A stretch of DNA of 64,000 bases from Asterias amurensis (Eukaryota). Of the stretch, positions 48,153 through 62,400 are shown piece after piece (the first letter of the stretch is position 1; the number at the start of each line of letters is the position of its first letter). The notes beneath the pieces were generated by a model. The model saw only the letters and a program-made list of their open reading frames with translations. It was not told the DNA's origin and made no database searches. The DNA lies in NCBI RefSeq assembly GCF_032118995.1, contig NC_092653.1, positions 7,251,031 through 7,315,030 of the forward strand, read 5' to 3'. The position numbers and the translations under genes are program-made.

Positions 48153-49516
48153 AAATGACAGGAAAACATACATGTTCAGAACATCTTTACCAAGTAGAAA
48201 CTATCTTGATTTATGAAACACGCCAGTCAATGAGGGGGACTATGACCCAAGAAAAAAGTCTCCAGCCCTATGGAAACATGACATGTTAAGGCCATTCGAC
48301 ATACCAGACAACAAGACCACAGATGTGCATGTCAGAGTACAGTTAGGATGTATAAATGCACCTGCCTTCTTATGCATTGGGGGAACTCTGTGTCTGGACT
48401 CACTGCCAGAAGGCCTGATACTTCACGGAGGCAATTAAGGTGATTGCCTCCATGCCTTCTGGTCATCTTGGTGCCCTTGAAATGCTCCAGTAGAAATTAA
48501 CAATTTCTTCATAGGGTGCCGTTTACCGAGGAGAAAGTGCATTTGTGCCCTTGCCCTTTCAAAAAACGAAGCATACAGACCTGCACTGCACTATTTCCAG
48601 ATAATCATAACATACTTGTGCAATGTGGGAATACACTGGTATTATATGTTAATCGAAACCCACTAAATGATGGATATCTTTCCCGAAAGACCCCAAACAC
48701 AAAACCGTGATGCTGTAATCCTAGGAAAAATGTCTCGTACAATCACACCTCAAGTACGTTGTCCGCACTCCCTGGACATGGCTTCTGACGTTGGCGACAC
48801 CCTTATCGGAAAGCAGTGACTATCTAAGCTTACTTAGAGAGAGGAGGGGGGGGGGGGGGGCGGATTCACAACTAGATGAAACAGAATCACCTAAAATCAC
48901 TGACAGGAAATGTGAATTGGACGACAGCAGAGGAAAAAACAACTCACTAGCCAGACAAGGGAGGGGGGTGGAAGTGGGTGGACGACAAGAAAAAAAAGAA
49001 AACATTTGGCCCCAGAAAGCTGAGACATGTGAAATCAATCACCAAAAGCGGTCAGATAACGTTTAAGACGAAACGACTAGATTATAGAGATGTTAGATGC
49101 GAAGATGATGGTCGGACAGAATAGGATGGGGGGCGGGGGGGCTGGATTAGACTTGTAAGCTGAATGTCAGGGTAGGGTCTTTCTAATTCCCCGCCCGGCC
49201 CTGCAGGATTATCAATCATTTTCTCGTTTAAAAAGGAGCATTTAGGGAGGCATGGCAGTAATGCCGAAAACAGTACAGCAGCGCATTTTGTTTAGTATTT
49301 CCTTCTTTAAAAAAAAAAAATTAGTTTTATGGACAGACCGACTACAGAGATAAATGTATGTCTCAGCGGTCTCACGAGATGTACTAGTCGTACAAATCCA
49401 GTAATGATTGGCAGCATAATGCATCCAGCACATTCGTAAAGCAATTTGACATTTGGTCATCAAGAATTTGTGACAGACTTTTATATTATTATTATTTTTT
49501 TTTCTTCAAAGGATAC

Positions 49517-49572
49517 ATCTCTTCAAAGAAGTCTAGATGAGGAGGTTGAAGAATATCCAGCGCTCTGAGGAC
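49517..49572 (-). CDS. NLK: NLK micro-exon (VLRALDILQPPHLDFFEE + 2 nt)
   Basis: Matches human VLSALDILQPPHIDYFEE(I); acceptor tttgcAG and donor GTATCC; the phase bridges the neighbouring exons. Confidence 0.8.
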
Positions 49573-50869
49573 CTGCAAAGAGACAAAAACAAATGGAAGA
49601 TGTTTTTTAAAAAAATGTGTAAAACACGCTTATTTGCCAACAGTGTTCTGCACAGATCTAATTTCACACCCATGTAGTGTTTGATTCTCTTACGATTTTT
49701 GGGGTCGGTCCTCGAACAATTGATTTTATATCAACAATGAAAAGGCAAAAGCTGTTGGGTATAGACAAGTAGGAGCCAATGAGTCGTGCTTCATCTCCGA
49801 GGACTGCATCGAGGGCAATGAGCAGGGAAAGACAGTTCACTAACGTCAACGTCATGTATGTGTAGAGGAAACTTTTCTGCCTCTGAGTCCAACGAGAATG
49901 TGTGCACAGCATTCTTGCGTTCTAAAAGGTGTGCACACTGCAGCTCGGAGATAGTAATTACTAGCTTATGAATTAGATGAGTGTATTGAATGATAAATAC
50001 GAGGCACAATGGGGCATAAAAATACCCTCATGGACTACTGGCTAATATTCAGTCGTATTGGCACTCACTCAGTCACCCTTAAAACAGAACAAGTCTTAGT
50101 GCAACAAAACCATTGTACATTTATACAATTTCTGAAGGTTTTCATTTTGTCATTCGAAACCTCCACCTTGGGTTAAAGTCCTAACGTAAAATAAATTTAA
50201 AATGTTTTGTTAAAAAATATTTCTGGTCCAGTGGAAGGTTCTTAAAATCAAGACCTTAGGTCTAGCCACGAGTCTGCAATTCTAGCCCAATGTGGGAACA
50301 TTTTATTGAGAAAGTAAGGGCAGACCTACATGAACATGTACATTAGGTTTATGTGGATTTATAGACTTTTTACGCTACTCTTTTTGCTAATTTTTTTAAG
50401 GGCGAACAACAAAAATCAGAAATCAGATCTAAGTACTGTAGGAAGAATATTATCCCTGATATATAAGACCCTTCGGAGACTACTATGTACCATATTTTCC
50501 TGCGTAAAGATCTGCCTTATCTGTCTTCCTACATACAGAAAACATCACTGTGGTTTATCTTACGCCTACGGTACGCCTTATCTGGTGTAGCTTGAAATCA
50601 AAGATGATGATTACTGTATGAAATCTAGCATTATACTGTAAAATAATCCTTTCACTCCTACATGAGTGATCAGACCTGTTATCATTTTATTGAAATAAAA
50701 CCTATAGCTGTAATAGTTTTTGCTGAGGAACAGTGCAAACATGTAGCCGACCATGTCCAAGGCTCAAATCAGTGATGACCCTTGCTGTTCATGGTTTTAG
50801 CATACTACATATGTAGCTCTTTATATTTCTGGGAAATTTGTTTTAAAAGAGCATGTGCAGATAAGTAAT

Positions 50870-51430
50870 CATTCGTTCTCAAGTCGTTTACACAAATTTT
50901 TAAAAGCATAATGCATTACTATATTTCATCAATAGAGAGGCTTTTGTGACAGCGCCCGTTAGTATTGACAAGTTTTTGCATGTTTTGTAGCATGCAAAAA
51001 ATAGCGAGAACACAAAGACAAGCAGTCTGTTTATTGGAAACGATGGGACCATGTGCGCGCCGTGCTCATTTCAGGTACCTTACATGGAGACCAAGGACAG
51101 TGATGACCCTTGCTGTTCATGGTTTAAGCATACTACATATGTAGCTACAGCGAGTGTACCAGTGATAGTTAAATTTCTTAAGTCGTTTACACAAGTTTTT
51201 TAAAAGCATAATGCATTGCTATAATATTTCATCAATAGAGAGCATGCTCTCTTTTTAATGTGCTTTTGTGACAGCGCCCGTTAGCATTCACATGTTTATG
51301 CCTGTATTGTAGCATGCAAAAAATAGAGAGAAAACATAGACTAGCAGTCTGTTTATTGGAAACGATGGGACCATGTGCGCGCCGCAATAATTTTGGGTAC
51401 CTTACATGGAGACCAAGGACAAAACAAAAA
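50870..51430. repeat. Approximately 300-bp tandem duplication in an NLK intron
   Basis: 50880-51105 is near-identical to 51180-51425 (gtcgtttacacaa.tttttaaaagcataatgcatt.ctata...agcatgcaaaaaatag.gaga..a.a.agac.agcagtctgtttattggaaacgatgggaccatgtgcgcgccg...). Confidence 0.8.
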
Positions 51431-54400
51431 TGGGAACACAAAAGGACTCCATAGGGGACTTCTAAAGATTGGGGTGCTACACGAGGAAGTTTGAGTCCAA
51501 AGTCTATTGGAAACTGTTTAGTGCAGGGCAAAGGACAGGACAAAAGATTGCTCCACAAAAAATAAGGATGCATTTTTGATATTTTAGCGTGTGGTGTGTC
51601 TGTGTTGTGTAAAAAAGAAACATAAATTTGTTGAACTTTAAAAAATAAAAAAAAATAAAAAAGCTTATTACAGCTCTACATACTTAATATTCTTTTATAT
51701 TCAGGAAACCAAAACTGTTCCGAACAAACTCAATATCTTTTGATTTACAAATCCCTAAGAACAGAATGGTTTTTAAACTGGAATATTGGTACTAATCATT
51801 GTTCAACATGAAGAGGAAAGCACACGTAGACTCCTCACCATTATTCAAAACCACAGAGCTTGTTAAAAAAAACTTACAACGTGCACAGTGCGTACTCGGC
51901 AGATGTGAATGAATTATTCCTACTGGGAAATTGCCCACATCTGTGTAAGTCGTACTTGTCCCTACACCAGTGCACACACAGCATTGAATGCACCCCCAGG
52001 GCTGCCTACATAATGTGCTTCATGTGAACTGCCCATTCGTGTTTTTGTCCTTTTTTGATAAATACAAATTTTTGTTGTTGAGTAAGAATATGAAATTGGA
52101 GTGTAACAAGAATTTTAATCGATATTGTGAGTGTATAATTTGCATTCGGAATTAAAACCAAATTGGAAGATAGCATTTCAATGCAAAACTTTCGGAAGAT
52201 TTAAAAGTGTGTGTACATGTACTTGTACGTAGTGACATTCAGTACATTCTAGGGCCTACAACAAAAGGAACAATAGGTTGCTTTCACCATATAGCTCCAT
52301 GCTTTCACAAAGGAAAACAATTGGCTCTATGTTTGTCAGGTGAAAGAGTTGAACGAAGGAGGGTCCATCTACGATTGGACTCGGTTAGACACTTGGGTGT
52401 TTAGTTCACTCATCTGGGCCCAATTCCATAAAGCTGTTTTATTTAGCAGAAAATACTGCTTGACAAATTTGTCTTTGCTAGGTAAAAGTGGAGGGCACCA
52501 GCCACAAACAATGCAAACTTAATGTTATTTGGGCTGGTAACCTGTTCCTGCTAAGCAATACTATTCTGTGCTTGACAAGTTTTTGTGCTTACAGGCTTTA
52601 TGAAATTTGGCCCTGCAACAGCCTGTGTTAGCATGCTTTTTGCTTTGCTGTCATACGCAATGGTTGTAAGTAAAAACGATGCTAAAAGACCATCTTCTTG
52701 CAGGCTATACAGAACTGGCCCTAGGGGATTGACTTTGGAAATGTTAAAGAAAATTTCGGTTGAATCAAACATGTACGCACGTGTACATGTATGCATTCAG
52801 CAATTTATGATAAATCTGGGTATTGTGTATCACCCAAGTTGATCAGCCTTGGCTTTGATTCATTTACTTGGTTCAAAAACCAATTTTAGATATCGAGCGT
52901 CCTCGTGCAAGAATCTCCGAGGAACAACAATACGATAGTATTTATACTTCACGTAACAGCTCTAGGCCTTGGTCTATTTGTAGGCAACTGACCTTAATTG
53001 TTCTTGCATTGCAATCAGCAAAATATTTCCCAAAAAATCCAATATTTCGTCCACATTTGTCAATACACTAGTAAATACATTCCACAATTTTTATTCCGAC
53101 ATGTATGTTCATCCGCAAAGAAAATTAGATTGCAACTTTTCACTATTAAATTTTACCTAAAATCAGCCCATCCTTCCACATCTCGAATAAATTTGGAATA
53201 AAAAAACGTAGAAGCAGAAAAATTATTTTAAAAAATTACTTTATAAAGAATGGAATGGGTGAAGTTCTCTCTGGATGCTCATCTTCTGTAAAAGCTTATT
53301 TTTTCTTGACCGAAATTTTCTTCCCAGGGCTGATACTTCACGGAGGCAACGAAGGCGATTGCCTCCATGCCCCTTAGTCATTACTTCCGTGACATTGAAA
53401 GACAGTAGAAATTTACAATTTACTCATAGGGTGCCCTTTACCAAGGAGAAAATGCCTTAAGTGCCCTTGCCCTTTTCAAAAATTTGAAGCATACAGACCT
53501 ACCTTCCATCGATTTGTGATTCAAACCAGGGCAGGAATGCATGCTTCTATCTAAGAGAGGGGAACACCATTTCAAGTGGGCAATCACTGGGAATCCAACA
53601 TGGCCACTCGACACTCCGATGGTCCTCTTCAACCCAATACCCTCCTAATCCCCGACAAGAAAATGAAAATCTTCACTTTTCTACACCACTAACCCTTTCT
53701 CCTCACTTCTTTATCTCCCTAGACCCTTGCATGAGTATAGACACCTTCTAAGTCTTATAGTTGAATACATTTAGGGGCCTACAGAAGGCGGCAAACAAAA
53801 TGGCAATAAAGGTAGAGACCAGGTTACATCATTTGGTTATGACCCTGACAAAAAGTTATGCAATTACACAATCTGAAAGCTTATTTGTTATAAAAATGGT
53901 AATGATAGTAAGCATCCTGTGAAATTATTTCTTCTGACTTGCCCCCCTGTTGATTAGAAATGAAAACATTTGAATCTGAGACACGATTCACTGTATTTAA
54001 AAAGAATTTCAAAAACTTTGTTTCAGGGAATGATTTCGTAAATTTTGCACAGTGAAATATTTGGACTGAACATGTGTTGTGCATATTGAATGCTAATATT
54101 GAGTAGCAAATGGTAATTTTCAGAAGCAACTGATCTATACATCTTGTGTAGTGCGATGTAATCAATCATTCAATGTGGTTTGTTTCTCATGAGTTCTATT
54201 TTCTATGCCTTTTCACCACAAAAGTCAACACTACAATGTTGCCGGAATTCTGAGCAAACTGCCGTACAATAGTCCTTTAAAAAAGATATTTTATGTCCTT
54301 CCAAAAAGAATGACAACACTTAATTGCAGATCTAAGCAATTCAGCATTTTTATCTACTTTCTGTTTTCCATGAAATCAAGACATTTAATTCCCCCCGGGA

Positions 54401-54615
54401 TAACCGGCTCCTTCTTCCACCGAGAAGACCGAATGAATGCCAGGGGATATTTGGAGATGTTTTCCCAGAGAAACACCTCTCGATTCCAGTCAAATTTGTG
54501 GTGGGATGTTGGTTGGGGGGTGGAGGCAGATGAATAAAGAGATTGGCTGTATCAAATAGAAAATCAATGTAATGAGCACAGTCCCAACGTCATTACCATA
54601 CGTGTACTGTGGTTT

Positions 54616-55018
54616 AAAGGCACTGGACACTATTGGTAATTGTCAAAGACCAGTCTTCTCACTTGGTGTATCTCAACATATATTGCATAAATAACAAACC
54701 TGTGAAAATTTGAGCTCAATCGGTCGTGGAATTTTGCGAGATAATAATGAAAGAACAAAACACCCAAGTTTTATGTCACACGAAGCCGTGTATTTCAGAT
54801 ACTTGATTTCGAGACCTCAAAGTTTAATTCTGTGGTCTCGAAATAAAATTCGTGGAAAATTACTTCTTTCCTTGAAAACTTACTACATGTACGTTACTTC
54901 AAAGGAAGCCGTTTCTCACAAGTGACAATGTTTAATAACCTCTCCCCATTACTCGTTACCAAGTAAGGTTTTATGACAATACTATTTTGAGTAATTACCA
55001 ATATTGTCCACTGCCTTT
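54616..55018. mobile_element. MITE, same family
   Basis: TIRs aaaggcactggacactattggtaat ... attaccaatattgtccactgccttt. Confidence 0.75.
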
Positions 55019-56306
55019 ATAACTGCCTTCTAGTGAGATCTGGTGGTGTGTTTACAAAATTGCGTAAAGGCAACTTTTCTGCCTCCAAGTTCGAGAGTTT
55101 GTGCACACTGCAGCAGCTCAGAAACACTAATTACTAGCCTATAAATTAGATGAGTGTATTGAATGATAAATACGAGGCACAGTGTGGCATCAAATACCCT
55201 CATGGACCGCTGGCTAATATACAGTCATTTTATCACTCGCTCAGTAACTCCCAAATAGTGGTCTGATGCAACATTGGGCAATTACATGTAATTTTTAAAA
55301 ATAATAACAAAACTGTTACTACATGGTTCTAACCTTAAAACATCTCAAACACAACATGTGATGGATTGGAATTGTAAAACAGGTTGTCTGAATTTTTCAA
55401 TGACATGTAAAAAAAAATGAAAAAGGTTTTCAGTTTATTAAGGATTCAATGAGACTAAAACCTCTGGCTAAAGCCACAGACCACTGCTACGGCTTGTGCC
55501 ACTGGCAAGGGGTCACAGAGGTCAGTGACCTGTCAGCCTGAACACTGAAACCATGTGCGGGGGAACAGCAATACCGCAGCTACTAGCAGTGGAGACAATA
55601 ACAACTATTCAAGGAATTTTATGTTTATTTCTCCGGCCTTTAATTAATCATTGAAAACACAGAGGCAGGTAGAGCTGATTAAAAAATTGTCTCTGTGTAC
55701 TCTGTGGCTCTAGTCTTTTGTTTCGGCCGTGCCTTAAAATATTTCAAAAGAAAGATACATTTTACTAATTTAATTCCTTTTCCTACATGAAAGAAATTGC
55801 TTTGAATCGTCCAGAAGAAGCTTATGGACCCCAAGAGAGATTACATACACACAGTGTTGCCCTTTAAAATAGAAATGTATTCATTTTCTGAGTTTTGTTT
55901 ACAGCAGCAACGGGCTACCAGTCGAAAAGGCATTTGATGAGCAGAATATTCAATTTCCTCCCACGATGGTTCCCCACCAATAGTTGTTGAGTAAGATTTA
56001 GGTTTAGAGCAGCAGTCTCTGCTCTGGGACCCTACCCTGGGCTCCTTGGCATTACAAATTATTATATAATACTTCATCACACTGTAAGAAATAAAATGCA
56101 GCCTGCAAGTTAATTTACGAGTATACATTGTAAATTAGTTGTTACTATTGGTATGTGCATAATAGCATCATCCTGGTGCAAAGTTATCAATTTGTAATGC
56201 ATTGTAATTAGTTGTTTTCCTCATCAAAGCAATTTTTGTAGCCAAAACAGAAATCAAAAATCGTCAAGAATAAATTTTCTGATTGACGCAAGCAGGAGGT
56301 ACTCAC

Positions 56307-56436
56307 ATTATCATGATTGAAGAAAAAGAGCATCTTAAGTTCCCGATAGACTCTCTTGCATGAGATGAGATTCTGGAAGACATGGGGCATCTTCTTAAGA
56401 GCCACCCGCTTACCGTCTCGCGGATCTGTCACCGAC
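56307..56436 (-). CDS. NLK: NLK exon ((W)SVTDPRDGKRVALKKMPHVFQNLISCKRVYRELKMLFFFNHDN)
   Basis: Matches human (W)SVTDPRDGKRVALKKMPNVFQNLVSCKRVFRELKMLCFFKHDN; acceptor tctgtAG and donor GTGAGT. The exon begins in phase 2, so an upstream exon encoding ...GYGAFGVVW must exist; I did not find it in the window and it probably lies beyond position 64000. Confidence 0.85.
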
Positions 56437-59400
56437 CTACAGAGGGTGGAGAAAAGAAAAACGACAAGAAAATTGAGAAATGGCCGACTGCATCTTTCTC
56501 CAGTTTATTTAGAGAGCAAACCACAAGCTAAGAATCAAGATATTGGCGCGACACATTGTAGGCAATGATCCAACAACGTGCCCCCCCCCCAATCTTCTGA
56601 TTTATAATTAGAGTTGATTTATGGCAGGGTTTGGGGTAATCCGTCAAACCTGTGTACTTTAACGAGTTTGGCTGGTGTTTGATGTTTTTTTCTTAACGCA
56701 TAATACAAAACAATTTTCTTGCAAAATTTACACTGTTGATGACTATATCAGCTAGAAACAGTGGATTTGGAAACCTTAGTTTACATAATTTGGTGCCAAA
56801 CAAAAGTCAGGAAACAATTTTGTTGTCGAGCAATTTTGCACAGCAACCTATTTTAACTGAATATTTTGTTGTACACCCTGAATGCTAATATTGAGTAGGA
56901 ATTGATGATTCTTGAGAACAGCAATACATTTTTGTAGCACTCTGCTTGGCTATGAAAGGAAATCGTTCACTGCATGCCTGCCATCAGAGAAATAAGATTG
57001 ATGAGTTTTGTCTGTAATTTCTGTTCAGAAACAACTTTACTGTAAAAACATAAAAAGACACTACACAGATTTCCAGGCTGAATCACTGACTGTGCCTGGC
57101 TGCACTGCCATTTGTTGACTGCATAATGAAGCTCTGTATAAGATTAAGGATATAAACTTTCCCTGGATTGTACGATGGCCTTTAGTACTTGCTGCGCTGG
57201 AACGTCAAGCCAAACATGAGTAACAGGACGAAACTACTGCTGTCGGTCGGTACAAGTGTTATTTTTCTGGGCATACATGATTATTTGATTTGATGCAGGA
57301 GGAAACATTTCATAAATCATACATAAGTGTTGGCACTGCTGGGAGAAAAGTTTACGCTGTCGGATTTCTTGTTCTTGTCCCAGCAAGGGAAATGTCACCT
57401 ACTGCATATCACCACCGATTTGTTTATGGAGAGTATTGTTTGATTTTGCCTTTTGTTTCCCTCCAAAGAAACGTTTGTTCATTTTTTTGTATTCTTTCAC
57501 TTCTTATTCTTAACTCCTGTTTGCACTACAAGTACATTAGTTGATAAACTACTTGTGTAACTAAACCCTGTATAAACATGTACAAAATAACTTGCGTACA
57601 AAGTATAGGTCTACAACTAGTACTTGTATTACCAGAGAAGTCACGTGTTCCATGACACTGACATTCACCGAACAGAAAAGGTCTAGTCTGGATATTAATT
57701 TGCCGATTTTGATAATTTCTGAACAACACATTCACTCTGCAGAACCATATTCCGAGTCAAGTTATAATAATGTAAAACTGTGATTTCTATTTACGCCATG
57801 TGAGATTACTTGCAGCGTCGAGGGGGATTTACTTTGGATGCTCAATTATACACTGAATTATAACGCCACCGCTCCAGAGATCACTTGCCGTCGAAATGAG
57901 ATACGCACTGCGCACCTGTTAAATCCTCCAGGTGCATTGTTTTACAATACTCAATCCCCATTAGCGACTTTAGTGTAAGAGACCCAACCACCTCATGGAT
58001 GGGAACGTCATCTTGGCCAGAGGGTGTTCGCTCAACGGACTGGGGATGAGGGGGGAGAGTAAAGAGGAACCGAGGCCAACGTGCTCTCATGTTTTGAAGA
58101 CGTGGAGACTGACGCCCACTTGGTGACATTTTTAGTGGAATGGTAAGCTACTCTGAACTTATCATTGGAGGGGGGGGGTTTGGGTGAATGCTAGTGTTAG
58201 CATTCCAGTGAGAAAAGAAGTTCTAAGAGAAGTGTGCACTTTGGGAAAATGTTTTTAAGGCTATTATTCTGATAATTTCACAAAGGGCGAATACCAAAAG
58301 TACATTATCCTTATAGGTCTTTACATTCAAGTGATGTAACTCTCATGAATAGAATTACATCATTTTTGCCATTTACCAAATTTGGCTTACACTTATCATG
58401 ATTTCGCATGTTTTTTTGAAGGGCAAACTATGAATAGTGTGAAATTGCATGACACAAGCTGCTTGAAATTGATGAATGGTGCTTTTAAGGAGAATGGTGA
58501 AAGAATAGGGGGATCTTGTTCATGCCGGAATCCATTGTTTATGAGTTTGAAATGAATCTTTATGCCCGTCACATTCCATGCTCAACACAACATTGATCAA
58601 CTGTAAGTCCGATGAGCGAATTAAAGATACAGCTCCAGGGAATAAGTTTCAGCAAAATATCCAGACTGCACATGTTTTGAATGCACAACATGATGAATTT
58701 TGAGCAGCAATTTCTAGGCTGTACAAATCTAAATCATTCACTGCGATCAACTATGGCTTGACAACACATAAACTGGTCGAAACTAAGTGCTGACTTAAAC
58801 TCCTAAGTCCTAAGGTTAGGTGCCTTCACATGATGATTTCGCAAATCTCTCTCCCTAACTTTTGCTTGTGGAAGATTTTGTCCGGATCTTCGACAAGATT
58901 TTGAGAATATTTCATACGTCGTTGTCCTTGCTATAATGTGCAATTTGTAAAATTTCACAACCATGCTAAAATAAAGCATGGGACCCTTGCTAAATTAAAT
59001 TGCTGTCATGTGAATAGTGTTGAGCCACAGGCAGTGACAATTGATCTATCAAATTGGATTGTGATGCTAAAAATTACAACAGTATTTTAATTTGCCGTCG
59101 TTGAACTGAGGAAATTTTGTCAGGAGTTACTTCAAACTGCTGCATCAAAGTGACAGCAAACGACTGGACAGAAAAAGCAAATACGAAGACCAAGAATGAT
59201 GACCTGTTTTTTTTTTTTAATCATCCAAACAAACCTAAACTTAAGTGTAGACACACACATAGGTTCAGTGTATCAATCAATACAGTGTTCCTAGACACGT
59301 GTCCCCACAAAATGGTCCAGTATTCCTATAATATCACCTGACATGTTTTGAAATATTCTAGATTCCAACGAATTAAAATGTTTCATCTTCATCATAGTAC

Positions 59401-62400
59401 TACAATGCCGTACGCAGAGGGTCTGAGACTGTACACCGATGGATGGCGTCCATGATGTGTGCATCAAACACCACAGTCTAATCAACCAACGTGGCTACGG
59501 ACTGCCTGGCCTAGACGTGACCCTAAAAGCTGGGTCGAGGGTAGATGCGTTCATTCATATTGTTCATAGAAGCATCCACCGCAAGATGACCCGGAATTAG
59601 ATAGTGCTTCTCTGGTCCTTGCAACATGGAACACAGTCCGAGCTAATTACGGACCAATATAGCTGAGTCAATGTTTGACTATCACCAAGCCTTGAGATGG
59701 AACTGTACTAGTCTAGTGCTACTGGGCTTCGTCGGCGCTTCATAAACGCAGATATCGAATTGTAATGATTAATCAGAGAAGTGGAGGACTGACCGAGTGG
59801 GGCGAAAATACTACACAAACATTTAATTATTTATTGTACCGGTAGTGGTAAGGATTGGTTATCAATTACACTCAACTTGGATACAATTGGTTGGTGGGGT
59901 TTTTTGGAATACAGATTCATACGACTGGTGAACTTTGCATGGCCTAGATGTTTGGGGAACTGGTTCAATTAAAATTAAATGACTGTACCACATGTGTGGC
60001 CATGCGGTACATGTACATGTAAGATTCATCTTTATTTTGAACAAGCGGCAACATTTAATGCTAACTAGTCTTCTTTTATTTGGAATCTTATTTACTTTTT
60101 TGCAACCTCGTTTTTTAAGGGGAAAACTTGAAAAATTATGCTCTAAATTAATTTATTTCTTTGTACAGGAAATTTCGTTTTATGAAAGAAGTGAAATATT
60201 TGTTCACAGTTCACATACAATTAGCTTTCAGGTTTTCTGTGACTACGGCTTCTCGCTTGACGGCTGAACACTGAACATTAAACTTCCATTCAATGGAAGT
60301 GCCCTTTGCATGAAAGAAATGGCCTTGCCCTCTCAAAAGATAAAATTCTACACACCAGTGCACATTTTGTTCCTAGATAAAAACTGATAATTAAAAAAAA
60401 TTGTGCGCACTAAGCACAGTGTGTACTATGTGCAACACAAAGGAGATAATTACAGTTCACCATTCACCAAGGTCCTCCATGGTTGCACTGTATCCATTCA
60501 TAGAAGAGCAATTACACTTCTGACCCCTTTTACACTATACAGAAGATCCTGAACCTCTCTGTCCAGTCTTTAAACACCTGATCCTGTACCCTTAATCTAG
60601 GTGTGAAGCCACACAGCACAACAAAAAACTGCCTGGGAAATTTTCCTCACACCTGGGCCCGGCAAACACTGTGTATATGCAAGTCTTGCCCAAGTGGCTT
60701 AGTTCAATATTTACGCTATTGGTTCTCCAGCATTGGTGAACTGAACAATGCCCCCATCAGTCATGCTGGGCGTATTCTCAAAGGCTCGGGACTAAACAAC
60801 AAAAAGTTAATTCTTAGGCTCTTTTTGGAGGCTCCCACTTTGCTCTGGTGCTGGTTCAGCGTCCTTTTCACGTTTACTACAGATTAGTACTAAATGTTGT
60901 TAGACTTAGAATGGACTTAGATACACCATAGTTCTCTGTGGATACGCTGAACAGTGTATAGTTTGTAAGTTTTGTGCCTGGTCTTGAAAAACCTTTCCAA
61001 TGCATTGTGTTATCATGGTGAAAGGAAATAAACCACACTTCAAATCAATAGGTTTTTTTGGTGTCCTTCATGTACTTAACATTCACAGTTTCAGTCACAA
61101 TTTAGCATTTAAGTTACACCACCACAGGTAATTTTGGTTGGTCATTAGATGTTTGCAATCAGCATTTTCCTTTGTTTCCATAAGAATCAATTCTGGTTTG
61201 GATCAATTCACACTGTACATGCCTTTACTTTTAGATTAGCGTTTTTTTTCCTTCTGCCTAAAATGTGGGTTCAGTAAAGTCTATCAATCAGGCATTATTT
61301 GGTCTTGGGGAAAAAAGTAGGAACACTTTATGGAGTGCAGTGCAAGGGCTGACCAACAGAGGTGTAGGCCTTAGACTTTTCACTTCAGGCCTTAATAGCG
61401 AGAAATTTTTCTTATTTTTCCAAGAGTAAAAAAAAATTGGAAAACAGACTAACGTGGGAGGAATAACCAGCCTGGTCTATTGACCCAAATCCTGACGTCA
61501 TCACCAGCGCCAACTCTTTATGCCATTTTGGTTAAATGCCATTTTGAGAGTCGCATTCCACGTGTGTTCTATTCAGTGCTCACGTGTGTGCATGCATGGT
61601 TAAGACACATGGTCTTTACATGCAAAATGGCACACCATGGACAGACAGTAGCCTACTAGTTTGACATCAGTGCACGGTGTCCATGCATAAAAACAAACAA
61701 AAAAAAACAATAGAATCAGGTACTGTATAAATTTCCATTTTAACACTGCCATGCAACATCCAAATGTCAGATTGTTCAGTTTTATGCTTGCCTCATGGCC
61801 TACCTGAACACCAGGCTGTTGAGCTCTTTGGCAAACGTGACGTCAAGAGTCACATTATTGTTACTTGATGCAGTTTGTACATTGCGCCTCTTGTGGTTAA
61901 AAAAAAAAAGCATTTTAACACTAACACATGCCTCACAAGCTTTTCTTGTGCACTGTCTGGCCTGACTAAAAGGTAATTGGTGTGATAAGGTTACATAACT
62001 TGGCACTTTAACCAAAATGCACTGCTTAACACCAGACCTCCAGCAGGCATCACGCCTTTGTTCCGAACAAACACTGACTGCTGACTGAGTGTAAAAGTAT
62101 AATAGTACACTTAATACAACCAGATACAACCATCCATATAGTCCTACATTTTCAAAGAAAAAAAGAAAAAAAGAAAAAAAGAAAAGAAACATGCAGATTT
62201 AACCCATGATGGGAAATTATCCTTCCAGACACATTTAAATCAATAGTGTGGGCCTAATCAATATCAGTCAATACTCTAATAAAGTTCTCTCATGCGTCCC
62301 ATGCTTTGATTCTAAATGTTAATGGTTTGAAAAGCAAATTTGGCTAGCTCTACAAAAGTCAAAGTAGAAACAAACAGCCCCTAAAAAAAATTGTTTTCAA